From positions 1 to 36,981 of IMG/VR virus record IMGVR_UViG_3300020045_003525: a stretch of DNA of 36,981 nucleotides; one strand, written 5' to 3'. The DNA comes from a virus. Its lineage: Duplodnaviria > Caudoviricetes. Below the pieces are notes generated by a model. That model saw nothing but the letters and a program-made list of their open reading frames with translations, ran no database searches and was not told the DNA's origin. Below, in pieces: positions 1 to 9,687 of this stretch. Positions within the stretch are counted from its first letter, which is position 1. Each line of letters opens with the position of its first letter. A program made the translations under genes and the position numbers.

Positions 1-1
1 A

Positions 2-307
2 AATCCGAAACGCATCCGTAAAACCACCAGACGTTAATCCGGTCGTAATCGTCCCGCCGTCCGCAGTCCACAACGCGCCATTGCCTTTTGTGAAGAAATT
101 CGTCCGGCTCGGTGAGCCATCAGGATTGTCTACAAAACGTGGCTGATTCACGGCGAATGTCGATACAAGACCGCTGGCCATGCCCGTTGCCGTACTCGCG
201 CGGGTAAAGGTCATGCCGGTGGGGGATGCGCCAGTGGCGAAGTCAAAGTTTGAGGCCGGATAAACCGATTTCTTTTTACGCGTTCCTATACAGGGTTTAC
301 AGAGCAT
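2..307 (-). CDS. Virion fibre/spike protein, N-terminal part (runs off window edge)
   Basis: Not in ORF track. ATG at 307 overlaps the upstream TAA (TAATG). Translation MLCKPCIGTRKKKSVYPASNFDFATGASPTGMTFTRASTATG...VNQPRF contains the TFTRASTAT...N.PRF motif typical of phage head-spike/fibre proteins. Frame open to window start. Confidence 0.65.
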   Translation of the reverse strand, partial: MLCKPCIGTRKKKSVYPASNFDFATGASPTGMTFTRASTATGMASGLVSTFAVNQPRFVDNPDGSPSRTNFFTKGNGALWTADGGTITTGLTSGGFTDAFRI

Positions 308-585
308 TATTTCGCAATCGCAGCAATATAGGTTTGACCAGTCAATTCGATGGCTTCGACAAGGAAAGCAGGAAGGTAAATATCACCGGCAGCGGCCGTG
401 ATAGTCACATCGCCAAGCTTATAATATAAATCCACATCAGAGCATAAACGAACGATCTTTTTATCACCATCAGGAATGGCAACGCGAGCGCTTGAGCCAC
501 TTACAGCAAGATTGACAGACGCGCCTGGCTTTAGTGCGATACTCTCGGAAGTTTCGCTCGTTTGCATGATATTTAAGATGGCCAT
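307..585 (-). CDS. Small beta-rich virion protein, possible spike base/adaptor
   Basis: 92 aa, RBS AGGAG upstream, translationally coupled to the fibre gene. Function inferred from size and context. Confidence 0.55.
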   Translation of the reverse strand: MAILNIMQTSETSESIALKPGASVNLAVSGSSARVAIPDGDKKIVRLCSDVDLYYKLGDVTITAAAGDIYLPAFLVEAIELTGQTYIAAIAK

Positions 586-642
586 TTTATTCTCCTATGT
601 CGGTTATGTTATCAAAAAATGCGTGTTTGTTAAAGGATATTA

Positions 643-2331
643 TTAAACCCTGTACGTGAAGTTAATGCGGACATAATTACCAGTGACCCATGTGGCCGGC
701 ACGCCAACACCCCAAAAGGTATTGGCATTAAATACGTTCACACCAATGCTACTTGTCGAAACAGCCAATGTTCGGCCAGCAGTATAGGTGGTCGCAGAAT
801 AACCAGATACGCTAAAGCCCTCCAGCCATACGATATTGCTTGTGGCTACAGGAAGGCTGAAAATCCAGTACCCAGTTCCTTGTGTCGTTGTAGAACCAAG
901 GGTTAAATCCAATTGAACGCTAACTAAATTACCAATACGTGAATAAGAACCATTCAAAGTTCCGTTACCAAGACTGGGGGCAGTTCCGGAAGCTGTCCAA
1001 GATGGTGTATATGTGGCGCTGGTGTAATTATCTATGCCAATCGTTGTACCTGAAATAGAAAGGCCGGAATTTGGCTGTAACCACGTTATGGCTCCGGCAC
1101 TATCATCCCAGAACAGTATCCTGTCGGCGTTCGGGTCTACCAATGTCGCACCGGTCCCGCCGTTTGCCAGTGGTAGGTTACCAGTCACACCAGTCGTCAA
1201 ATCAATAATGCCCTGCGTTGCCAAGCCACCTGAAAACGTGCCAAATTTATTAGATTGAACAAATTGGGCGTGAGTGGCATTACTTAAATCGGTTGCAGTC
1301 CTTGTCGCGCATATCCAGCCTAGAATGATGCCAGTTTCAGAATATCCAGATGTCGGCGTGAAAGCGCGAGTAGAAACAGCATTAACGGCTTCCGTTAGGG
1401 TAGAGTATGTCGTATTGCCATACTGGACGCGAACATTTCCTGTAGGAAATAGCCAAACCGTGAAAATAGACGATTGCCCAGTACCTCCACCGATTGCCGT
1501 AATCGTTCCCGCATTATCATAGTTTGCAACATCAAGTGTGGTTCGCGAGCTGCCAGTTTGCGCGTTAACGGTGGAATGAAAAAACGCTTGCGCCGTACTA
1601 GCTGTTATTGAAATGGAATTAGGGTCAGTCGGGGAGGTGTAAAAGTTCGCCCCAATATCAAAGAACACACCACTGGCACGGTTAAACGCCAAGTTTGCGC
1701 CGTTAGCAGATAACGTGAATCCCGTTTTCATCACACCGATGATTTCAGCCAGTTCACGTAAAGATTGATCTGAATTTACAATCGGCATGGCATAGTAGGC
1801 GATTCCAGCAATCGCGCCGCTGATATAAGCCGTGCGGGCTAGATAAATGCGACCGCGTTGATTTGCATTCGTAGGCGCGGTGGTGGTTTGTGTAATTGTC
1901 CCTGCATCATCTACGTACCAGTAAGTGTACGGAGTGCCTGTGTTTGTGATAGCAACGTTGGTTTGCGCACCCCATGTCACTGCATGATAAACAGGTGCAG
2001 CGGGGTTCGTAGTGTCGATAATCTCGCCAGCGCCAGCAGTAATATCCACCCTGTCAGGGTTTGAACCGTTTACAGTGATTGCGCCACCATACCTAACGCC
2101 CGTGTTGCGGGCATTCAATGTCAGTAAGTCCACTTCTTCAAATGCGTCCTGCATATTATCCGCAGCAATGGCCATAAAGCCTGTATTGTCCACGATATTA
2201 GCATATTCTGCCACTTCGGACACAAGAGCCGCACCGGAAAGCCCGCCCGTGTCTACCACCTCCACAAGCTCAGTGCCATCAAGGTTGATGACTGGATTGT
2301 CTACATAAAGTTCGGTGATTTTTTTTGTCAT
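643..2331 (-). CDS. Tail fibre / receptor-binding protein
   Basis: 562 aa, Thr/Gly-rich. N-terminal KKITEL..LDGTELV anchor motif, GNLPLANGGTG shaft motif, C-terminal YTPSWT..GNGTLNGSYSRIGNLV head-domain motif. Confidence 0.8.
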   Translation of the reverse strand: MTKKITELYVDNPVINLDGTELVEVVDTGGLSGAALVSEVAEYANIVDNTGFMAIAADNMQDAFEEVDLLTLNARNTGVRYGGAITVNGSNPDRVDITAGAGEIIDTTNPAAPVYHAVTWGAQTNVAITNTGTPYTYWYVDDAGTITQTTTAPTNANQRGRIYLARTAYISGAIAGIAYYAMPIVNSDQSLRELAEIIGVMKTGFTLSANGANLAFNRASGVFFDIGANFYTSPTDPNSISITASTAQAFFHSTVNAQTGSSRTTLDVANYDNAGTITAIGGGTGQSSIFTVWLFPTGNVRVQYGNTTYSTLTEAVNAVSTRAFTPTSGYSETGIILGWICATRTATDLSNATHAQFVQSNKFGTFSGGLATQGIIDLTTGVTGNLPLANGGTGATLVDPNADRILFWDDSAGAITWLQPNSGLSISGTTIGIDNYTSATYTPSWTASGTAPSLGNGTLNGSYSRIGNLVSVQLDLTLGSTTTQGTGYWIFSLPVATSNIVWLEGFSVSGYSATTYTAGRTLAVSTSSIGVNVFNANTFWGVGVPATWVTGNYVRINFTYRV

Positions 2332-3305
2332 TAACTATCCTTCAAACCGTATATTTTGATTTCGCCCTGATTAAACGTCCCAGCTGTAGGAAAAAATTGG
2401 ATACCATCTATAGCAGTTCCTGCGCTATTATAAGCCATGCCGCCTGTATATGTGTCCGATGAGCTTGGTGAACCACCTGTGGGGTTATATATATTAAATG
2501 TCCCAGCCTTGTAAGTATTTGTGGATTGCAAGTCAGTCAGAATAAGCTCGCCGAAATACCCATCACCGTTGCTTGATGCGACCGTTGTTATATTTGCCTG
2601 TGTGATCTGGTTTGCTTGCCCCGTGACCGTTGTGTTATTGACGCGAACCATATTCACGGAATAATTAAACCCGCTATCATACGAACCTCCAGAACGGCGC
2701 AACCTTACGCCAAGATTGGCGCTTCCTGTACTACTCTTAACGCCGCTGATCACACAACGAACGGATGTATAGTCGGATGGTATTGTAATGGAAACAGAAC
2801 CGACGCCATTAGTTGATACAACGCTGATAAGCTCAAGTGCGGATGTCGCAGCAGAACCACCCGCCCCAATCAACTGATACTGCGTGCCGTCATACGTAAC
2901 GCGGTAAACACCTGTATTGATGATATCACCAGCGACAAGAGCAACAAGCGTGCCCGTCAGGGTGTCTTTTTTATAGATATTCTTAGCGCCAAGGCTGTTC
3001 ACATTAATCGTGACCGCGCCCGTATTCGTAGCCACGGCTTGAAATTCGATAGATTGCCCCGCTGTATATACAGTCAAAGCAGGAGACAGTGTCGCCGTCA
3101 GAGCATTCGTACCGGACACAGACGTATAACTAAACGTCTGCTTTTGAATATCGGCATAGTTCGGATGCTTAATCCCGCCAGCAGTCGAACCGTTATGCAC
3201 GTTCAATCTACCTAACGTGGTGTCAAAGTCCAATTCGCCACTCGTAAGGGTTCGCGCCGCCTGTGTTCCAGTTGCCGCCCGTCTAATCTGTTGTTGAATA
3301 GCCAT
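2331..3305 (-). CDS. Tail fibre protein with Mtd_N-like N-terminus
   Basis: N-terminus QIRR..GELDFDTTLGRLNVHNGSTAGG resembles the Bordetella phage Mtd N-terminal domain. TNTGAVTINVNSLGAK..GDI motif is common in tail fibres. Confidence 0.75.
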   Translation of the reverse strand: MAIQQQIRRAATGTQAARTLTSGELDFDTTLGRLNVHNGSTAGGIKHPNYADIQKQTFSYTSVSGTNALTATLSPALTVYTAGQSIEFQAVATNTGAVTINVNSLGAKNIYKKDTLTGTLVALVAGDIINTGVYRVTYDGTQYQLIGAGGSAATSALELISVVSTNGVGSVSITIPSDYTSVRCVISGVKSSTGSANLGVRLRRSGGSYDSGFNYSVNMVRVNNTTVTGQANQITQANITTVASSNGDGYFGELILTDLQSTNTYKAGTFNIYNPTGGSPSSSDTYTGGMAYNSAGTAIDGIQFFPTAGTFNQGEIKIYGLKDS

Positions 3306-3592
3306 TATTTAGCGCCTTTCAAAACTTTAGCGAATTCTCGCGCTTCGTTCATCGAAGCGAACTCATGGGCCTCACCGTGGCTTTCAATCTCATAAACCTC
3401 GACTTCTTCGACAATGGTTTCAAACACGGCATCAATCAACACTTTGCGCTTAATGGGCACTTCGACCACTTGCTGCACGCCGTTAACATCAATCTCGGTG
3501 CGGACATCAAAGCGGCCAGTGTCTTCGTATTGAATACGCGCTGGTTCTTTACAAACTTCTTTTGTGATTTGCTTTGTTTTCTTAACTATCAT
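3305..3592 (-). CDS. Hypothetical protein in tail module
   Basis: 95 aa ORF overlapping both neighbours in the operon. Confidence 0.6.
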   Translation of the reverse strand: MIVKKTKQITKEVCKEPARIQYEDTGRFDVRTEIDVNGVQQVVEVPIKRKVLIDAVFETIVEEVEVYEIESHGEAHEFASMNEAREFAKVLKGAK

Positions 3593-5807
3593 TCTCTAAA
3601 TCCTCCGCAGCACCACTATCTACCTCAAAGTCACGAGATGCCCCGCTATCGTACTCCAAATCAATCTGCGTGGCAACAATAGACGAACCAGCGATAAACC
3701 CTGTAACCGTTGTCCATGCTGACTGCACGCCAAGGCTATTTATAGCACGAATGCGCACATCATACAAAACATCAATTTGCGATTGGAACAATTCCGTCTC
3801 GGTTGCAGTGCCGTCTAAGAGGACGTTACCAGTGTAATCAGGGTTAGAGGATTCCTTATACTGAATTTGGTATTTACCATTTTGCAAGACATAAGCGTCC
3901 GTTGTCGCATCCCATGACATGGAGATTTTATAGTTTAGATCCCCCGCCGTATTCGCTACAGGCACAGACGTAAGGCCAAACAACCCGACAGGCTGCACCA
4001 CGCGGGGATTGGCAAGCGTGGTATTCGGCGCAGGGTCAAACGGGCTTTCTTCATCGGCTGCAATAAAGTCATAAACCGCCGAAGCGTTTTCATGTAAATC
4101 CAATTCAATAAATGGCGCACCATTCCCATCAGAGCCGCGCGTCCAGCCGATAACCTCAAAGACTTTGTTTTCCCAGCCGTATTGAGTAAAACTAAAGTAA
4201 ATATTATCGCCAGCTTGGACTTTAAACGCTTCAAGATTAAACTTAGCCTTAAACTTAATCTCTTGCCTTGCACGCTCTAAGGCCGTTTTGGCTATACGTT
4301 CGGCGGTCTGTGAACGCTGTGTAAACGGCAAGTCAAGTTCGCGCTTTAAATCCTCTCCATCTGCTGCCACATATGTTGTGGACTTAACCATAGGATAATC
4401 AGCTTCATTGCCATTATTGATTTGGGATATAAACTTGCCCTGCACCTGATTAAAGCGGTCACGGCGCGTGACTTTGGTTTGATAAACCTCAATGCCGCCC
4501 ACAAGGTCATCTTCGTCAAAAGCATAAACAGGGCTTTCATATGAAGCGCCTTTAATAATCCTATCAAGTCCGACCGTGTAACAAACGCCCCCCATACCTG
4601 ACAGGATATTTTCCAGATTGTCCTTGCGGCGCGTTGTCATATCAATCACGCCACCACCATGATAGCGCGGTTCGGCAATCTTAGTAAGGTCACACGTTCC
4701 GTCACTCGTTAAGGTGATGGATACGCCATCGGTGGCGTTCTGTAGGCTCGTGGCTAGCTTAATGCGCGGGTTCTGCCATCTCTGATATGGGATAACATAG
4801 TAATTTCCATCCGCAAGCCCTGTGATGGTGCTGGAAGACACAGAAACCAAGTCCCCGCGATAATATTTCAGAACCTCGCCATCAAGGCTAATAATATCAC
4901 CGTCAGCACCAAGGCCGTCATGGTTCACTGGTTTCGTGTTGACCATTTCATCACATAGATTCGCAGATGAAACTATCGCGTCCAGATTGATATCAGTGAC
5001 GGCGGTTTTAAAGCCCCATTTCTGGTCTGTCATGTTATCTGCTACCATCAGGGCGATGTTGTTACTGAATTTATACGTATAATCAGTGCCGCTGTCTTCG
5101 GTGACGCGAATCTCGGTGCTTTCTGTGACACGGCCATCACCGTCTTCTGTGATACGTTCTTCGCTTTCGATAATATCGCGGTATTCTACTATCTTTTTGC
5201 CACGAAGCCAGCATGATACAGTGGGGGTTCCGTCTGGATAGGTATCACGATTCCATTTAAGGCGGGCGTAAATATAGGCAATGCCCTGCAACCTATGCGC
5301 TGTTGTCCATTCTGTAACCTCTGCCACAAGCGTTGGATCGGCGGTCTGTACTTCTGTCCCGTTGTAAACAACAAGCTTTAAATGGCCGTTGTAAGTGCCG
5401 TCAATTACGTTCCCGCTGCTATCAATGTAATCCAGTGGGATGCTTTCATCATTGACGATAAACTCGTCAACTCCAGCGATTTCATGCGTGGCTAATAAGA
5501 TGGTATAATGAAAATAGTTGTTATTATCGCTATTCGCCACCATGGCGATTGAGCCTGATTTGCGCACCTCGCCATAAACTACCTCGCGTCCAGCAACAGC
5601 GGCGCGAAATTGACGGGTTATACCTTCGGAAATAGAGCCAACATCGCTTTGCTTTGGCTTTTTCTGCATAATCATAGACAAACCGCCGAGGGCGAGACTT
5701 GTTAGAAATGTTCCAGCAAGAGAAAATGACGCAAGCGTGCCAAAAGCAGCAGCACTAGCCCATCCAGCCGCCGCGCTTAAAGCCGCACCAGCTATTACCG
5801 GAGGCAC
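3582..5807 (-). CDS. Tail tip / host-specificity (J-like central tail) protein with C-terminal Fn3-like domain
   Basis: REVVYGEVR, LQGIAYIY, ANLCDE.V, LDLPFT motifs; YDVRIRAINSLGVQSAW Fn3-type end. Likely start is the GTG at 5807 (GGAGG RBS, TAGTG overlap) rather than 5834. Confidence 0.85.
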   Translation of the reverse strand: MPPVIAGAALSAAAGWASAAAFGTLASFSLAGTFLTSLALGGLSMIMQKKPKQSDVGSISEGITRQFRAAVAGREVVYGEVRKSGSIAMVANSDNNNYFHYTILLATHEIAGVDEFIVNDESIPLDYIDSSGNVIDGTYNGHLKLVVYNGTEVQTADPTLVAEVTEWTTAHRLQGIAYIYARLKWNRDTYPDGTPTVSCWLRGKKIVEYRDIIESEERITEDGDGRVTESTEIRVTEDSGTDYTYKFSNNIALMVADNMTDQKWGFKTAVTDINLDAIVSSANLCDEMVNTKPVNHDGLGADGDIISLDGEVLKYYRGDLVSVSSSTITGLADGNYYVIPYQRWQNPRIKLATSLQNATDGVSITLTSDGTCDLTKIAEPRYHGGGVIDMTTRRKDNLENILSGMGGVCYTVGLDRIIKGASYESPVYAFDEDDLVGGIEVYQTKVTRRDRFNQVQGKFISQINNGNEADYPMVKSTTYVAADGEDLKRELDLPFTQRSQTAERIAKTALERARQEIKFKAKFNLEAFKVQAGDNIYFSFTQYGWENKVFEVIGWTRGSDGNGAPFIELDLHENASAVYDFIAADEESPFDPAPNTTLANPRVVQPVGLFGLTSVPVANTAGDLNYKISMSWDATTDAYVLQNGKYQIQYKESSNPDYTGNVLLDGTATETELFQSQIDVLYDVRIRAINSLGVQSAWTTVTGFIAGSSIVATQIDLEYDSGASRDFEVDSGAAEDLENDS

Positions 5808-6220
5808 TAGGCAATCCTCCACGCCATGGCGCAATTCAGTGTTTTAACAGGCGTTAACCCTTTGCCCTTGCTCTTGAATAGAGAAAACCCGCTATGCCAG
5901 ACGATACCATAGCAAGGGTCACCATCTATCTGCGTCAGAACAACATCGCCACGCTGGGCACGGCGTACAGTCGGCAAACGGGGAAAGTAATGGTCCATAA
6001 TACCTTCATAGGAACCGCGCAATTCTGAAATCAGTTTAACGCCATCTCTAAGGTTCGTGTATTTTCCGCGCCCCTCCAGCATGGGGTCAATATTCACTTG
6101 CTGCAATACAGCGTCACTGGCAAAAACCACGCAATCGCAAGTGCCATACTCAAAATCGGTATTGGCCACGCTTTCAAAATAAACGTTTAATCTGTTTTCC
6201 CATCCCTCAATGCGCATCAA
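5807..6220 (-). CDS. NlpC/P60-like tail assembly peptidase (DUF6950-type)
   Basis: FEYGTCDCVVFA and AQRGDVV motifs; position between hub and tail tip genes. Confidence 0.8.
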   Translation of the reverse strand: MMRIEGWENRLNVYFESVANTDFEYGTCDCVVFASDAVLQQVNIDPMLEGRGKYTNLRDGVKLISELRGSYEGIMDHYFPRLPTVRRAQRGDVVLTQIDGDPCYGIVWHSGFSLFKSKGKGLTPVKTLNCAMAWRIA

Positions 6221-6771
6221 GTCCGTCCGAATGTTATTTGTTTATCTTCAATAAGGGCGACCTGATCCAATCCTTTATCATCAGGATAACGTGATTTCTG
6301 GTCCGCATCAGTGTAATACGCGCCGACTGATTTGTCTAAGATATAGTCATCATTCTCGATGGAAATAATAATAGTGCCCGTGCTGCCATCATTGTTAATT
6401 GACATGCCATCAATCTTACCTCGATAAAGTGGTGTAACATACATATTGCCAGTTTCGTCCATAACGCCCTCATGACAAGTGATTGATGTGCCCTGCCATT
6501 CCTCACCAAGGGCGATTGCGAGTAACGCGGTATCCAAGCCGGTTAAGGTCACGGATTTATTCACTGGCAAGACTTCCTGCGTTTCCTTGACCTCTGAAAA
6601 CTGCAATAAAGAGCCGCCACCTAGATATGTCTGGCCATTATAAACAAGCTCCCCAAGCCCCGTGAACATACCAACCCATCCAGACGGAAAATCGGCCTCC
6701 ACTAATCGAAATAACTTTGTTCTAGGCGCTTCGATTTGAGTAATAAACCCTGTCGAAATATCACGAGCCAT
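6217..6771 (-). CDS. Tail hub / minor tail protein (gpL/DUF2163-like)
   Basis: YLGGG.L, Y.G.ID, YTDADQKSRYPDDKG motifs. Likely start is the ATG at 6771 (TAATG overlap). Confidence 0.75.
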   Translation of the reverse strand: MARDISTGFITQIEAPRTKLFRLVEADFPSGWVGMFTGLGELVYNGQTYLGGGSLLQFSEVKETQEVLPVNKSVTLTGLDTALLAIALGEEWQGTSITCHEGVMDETGNMYVTPLYRGKIDGMSINNDGSTGTIIISIENDDYILDKSVGAYYTDADQKSRYPDDKGLDQVALIEDKQITFGRT

Positions 6772-7385
6772 TACAACACCTCGCGGAAAGACAACGTTAT
6801 ATCGTAAACAGAGCTTTGGTTCGATGACCACCCGTTATCGGATGTTGTTAAAGCAAAAACACCCATAGGAGACGTGATATCAAGCTGTGTATTATCAGCC
6901 GGAGAAGTTCTTAACGAAGGCTCGAACGTGGCCGTGCCTTGTCCAGAGCCATTGCTAATAAGGTCCTCCGTGAACATATAGAGCTTAGATGTTGAGCCAG
7001 TCCCTAATTGAAAATAATCGCCAGCTTTTGCCACGGTCGTGCTGTTTGTCATGCCATCAACCGTTAAAGTATTCCCCGTCTGCCCCGCACCATTAACAAG
7101 TATAGTTCCACCAGCGCCTTGATGCCCCAGAGCAAGCGCGTCAGGGTCCGCATATAGGAAAGAGCCATATACCCCGCGCAGCTTTGTAATGAACGCCTGT
7201 ATGAGCGCCGCATCCTCTCTACGTGTCGGGATAAACGTGATTTCACCTTCCCACCATTGCCCCATGTAATCATAGGCTTTTCTAGCGCCAGAAAACGGTG
7301 ACATGGTAGATACGGACGAGCTTATCAAGCGGAACGAGCTATTCGAAACACTGACATCAGGGAAGTTAAGAGGAAAAGTCGTCAT
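6771..7385 (-). CDS. Distal tail protein (Dit-like)
   Basis: Directly after the tape measure; SPFSG, AFI..LRG..GSF..DP, GQTGNTLTVDG and FEP.LR..PAD motifs. Confidence 0.75.
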   Translation of the reverse strand: MTTFPLNFPDVSVSNSSFRLISSSVSTMSPFSGARKAYDYMGQWWEGEITFIPTRREDAALIQAFITKLRGVYGSFLYADPDALALGHQGAGGTILVNGAGQTGNTLTVDGMTNSTTVAKAGDYFQLGTGSTSKLYMFTEDLISNGSGQGTATFEPSLRTSPADNTQLDITSPMGVFALTTSDNGWSSNQSSVYDITLSFREVL

Positions 7386-9136
7386 AAAGCGCCCCTTGCT
7401 TGTGCATCCTTAACGGCTGCGATTGATTGCTGTTTAATTTGCGGCAACATACCCATCATTTCGGCGCGAACGGTTTGTTGCACGCCTGTAGACACATTAA
7501 TTGTCTGGTTTACTGTCACACCGCTGCCACCGTTAGCCCTGCCCACGCCGATTGTCTCGCCGCGCGATACGTTGGCAATAGGAGAGCCATTAAGGGACAG
7601 CATATTACGGTCATTACCCGCTTGCCCACCAACTTGGAACGAGCCACCTGTTGCAAATCCGGGTCCGGCAGGGCTTGAATAAATCATTTTGCCCTTTGAA
7701 CCGCCAAAGATATTACCCAAGAAGCCGCTTAATCCAGTGCCAATCATGCCACCTATCCCGCCGTCCGCCGTGCCACCCATTTGCAGCCTAAGCATGTTTT
7801 TAAGGATGTCTTGCAATGCCGACACGGCGACATCACGCAAACTCTCGAAGCTACCCCCCATGGAAGCCAATCTATCAGCCAAATCATTCGCAAGGTTCTG
7901 TTGTTTCTGCTTAGCCTCGTCAAGTGTACGCGAATATGCGTCAAACGACTTTTGCGCTGCATCTGCGGCTTCTTTTTGGGCTTTTAACTGGTCTTCTGTG
8001 GTTTTACTTGTGCCGCCAACGGATGAGGTGCTGCCACCAGACCTTGATGACGAGACGCCGAAGCCGCCGCCCATTTGTCCAAAGAACGAGTCTTCCTCAA
8101 ACTGGTCTTTTAACGCTCCTGTAGCCCTGTTTTGTGGCATCTTCAGTGCGTTAGGCATGTTATTTGCTTCATTAATCAAGCCACGCATGGACGTGACAAG
8201 ACTGCCAATACCAGCGACGGCAAGCGCGGCGGACTCGGCAATGAAACCAATAGTAGTAGCTATAGCAGCGAGACCGTCTGCAAAACTAGGGTCGGCCACA
8301 ATCTGGTTTAACCTCTCCATAGTGCGGTTCATGCTACCCATCACAGTTTCGTTCTCGGCAATCCCGCTCTTTAATTCAGTTACACTATTTTGCAACCTGT
8401 TTAGATTAGCCTGTAAACCGCTAGCACCAGCCGCGAAAGATGCCGCTAAATCCTCATTCTCACGAAAACCGCGAGCCAAAGCCTCAAGGCCCTCTTTAGC
8501 GGGTAGCGCACCATCAGAGATTAATTCAGTCAATGCTGGAATTGTCATGTTAAGGCCGCTAGCCATTGCGGCCATTGCGATTGGGATTCGTTCACCCAAT
8601 TGCTGGCGCATTTCCTCCATAGAAACAACGCCCTTGCCAGCAATTTGCGTAAGTGCAGAAAACACCAGCGACATATCGGCGGATGATAGTTTCATCGCCG
8701 TGCCGGCCTTGGCCGTTTCATAGAACACATCACGAACGGAACCCATATCAAGGCCAGACGCACGAGCCGCTGCCGCAAACGATGCGAACTGATTACCAGT
8801 ACTCATAAACTCAAGCCCAAGCTCGTTAGACATGTTCCGCAAGCGCTCTATTTCGGCGGTAACATTACCCGTAATCCCAACAGCCTGAATCATTTTACTT
8901 TGCAAGCCTTCGATGGCTATACGAGTATCTATGATTGATTTTGCGAAATTCTGTACAGCGTAGACACCGCCAAGTGATATAGCAGCGCCACGCAAACCAG
9001 ATAGCGCTTTCGAAGCAGTATCACTGGACTTCTTGACCTTATCAATCTCACCAGAGGCACGGCGGCTTGACGATTCTAAATCCTTAGTGTCACCCTTATA
9101 TCGAACAAGTAAGTCTTTTACAGTTGTACCGGCCAT
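7382..9136 (-). CDS. Tail tape measure protein
   Basis: 584 aa, Ala-rich and helical; ALTQIAGKGVVSMEEMRQQLGERIP tape-measure motif; C-terminal GFATGG. Confidence 0.92.
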   Translation of the reverse strand: MAGTTVKDLLVRYKGDTKDLESSSRRASGEIDKVKKSSDTASKALSGLRGAAISLGGVYAVQNFAKSIIDTRIAIEGLQSKMIQAVGITGNVTAEIERLRNMSNELGLEFMSTGNQFASFAAAARASGLDMGSVRDVFYETAKAGTAMKLSSADMSLVFSALTQIAGKGVVSMEEMRQQLGERIPIAMAAMASGLNMTIPALTELISDGALPAKEGLEALARGFRENEDLAASFAAGASGLQANLNRLQNSVTELKSGIAENETVMGSMNRTMERLNQIVADPSFADGLAAIATTIGFIAESAALAVAGIGSLVTSMRGLINEANNMPNALKMPQNRATGALKDQFEEDSFFGQMGGGFGVSSSRSGGSTSSVGGTSKTTEDQLKAQKEAADAAQKSFDAYSRTLDEAKQKQQNLANDLADRLASMGGSFESLRDVAVSALQDILKNMLRLQMGGTADGGIGGMIGTGLSGFLGNIFGGSKGKMIYSSPAGPGFATGGSFQVGGQAGNDRNMLSLNGSPIANVSRGETIGVGRANGGSGVTVNQTINVSTGVQQTVRAEMMGMLPQIKQQSIAAVKDAQARGAL

Positions 9137-9331
9137 TTACTTCCCTAGCATCGTCAGAGCTTCGTTTTTAGACATCAATTTCTTGCGTTGGATACCTTTT
9201 GACATGCAATAACCATCAAGTGCCAAATCAAACATCGGCAATGTCATTGACCAAAAGGCTTCCGGCGTTAATCGTAACACACCCAGCGCGGTTTTGTAAT
9301 AGTCTTGAAAGGGGAAGTAGTTATTTACTAT
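9137..9331 (-). CDS. Tail assembly chaperone C-terminal extension (gpT-like, -1 frame)
   Basis: Not in ORF track. The -1 frame after the A9 run reads IVNNYFPFQDYYKTALGVLRLTPEAFWSMTLPMFDLALDG...GK*. The L..PEAFW.MT motif matches the GTA-type TAC family. Stop abuts the tape-measure ATG. Confidence 0.8.
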   Translation of the reverse strand: MVNNYFPFQDYYKTALGVLRLTPEAFWSMTLPMFDLALDGYCMSKGIQRKKLMSKNEALTMLGK

Positions 9332-9687
9332 TTTTTTTTATCATCTTCGGTAAACACGCCATCCTGCTTAGGCGCGTCTTCTGTGCCGAAAATCATATAA
9401 GAAAGCATTTTCGTGTAAATAGTCACCGCATGGGTCACGTCCTTGCGGATACCTTCATAGATTTGTTCTCTATTCAATCGAGTGTCGCCGTTCGCCTGTA
9501 GAGCTACAAGAAACACGTCCACCATTTCCGTGATGATAAAATGAAAGTTCGCCAGTTCAGTAATAACTTGAACCATCGGGCGCTTATGGATATTTCGTTC
9601 GCATTTCTCCAAAACGCCGAAGTTGCAGCGCATATCACGCGCCACGCCGTCAATTTCAAACTGGAACAATCCACCTATGTTTTGCAT
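9328..9687 (-). CDS. Tail assembly chaperone (gpG-like, GTA gp10-like)
   Basis: 119 aa between tail tube and tape measure, ending in slippery AAA AAA AAA TAG. Confidence 0.8.
   Translation of the reverse strand: MQNIGGLFQFEIDGVARDMRCNFGVLEKCERNIHKRPMVQVITELANFHFIITEMVDVFLVALQANGDTRLNREQIYEGIRKDVTHAVTIYTKMLSYMIFGTEDAPKQDGVFTEDDKKK

Noticed and set aside
643-3305. Diversity-generating retroelement targeting the fibres
   Set aside because: No reverse transcriptase and no template/variable repeat pair seen in the window.
7689-8723. 344-aa plus-strand ORF
   Set aside because: Antisense shadow of the tape measure gene.
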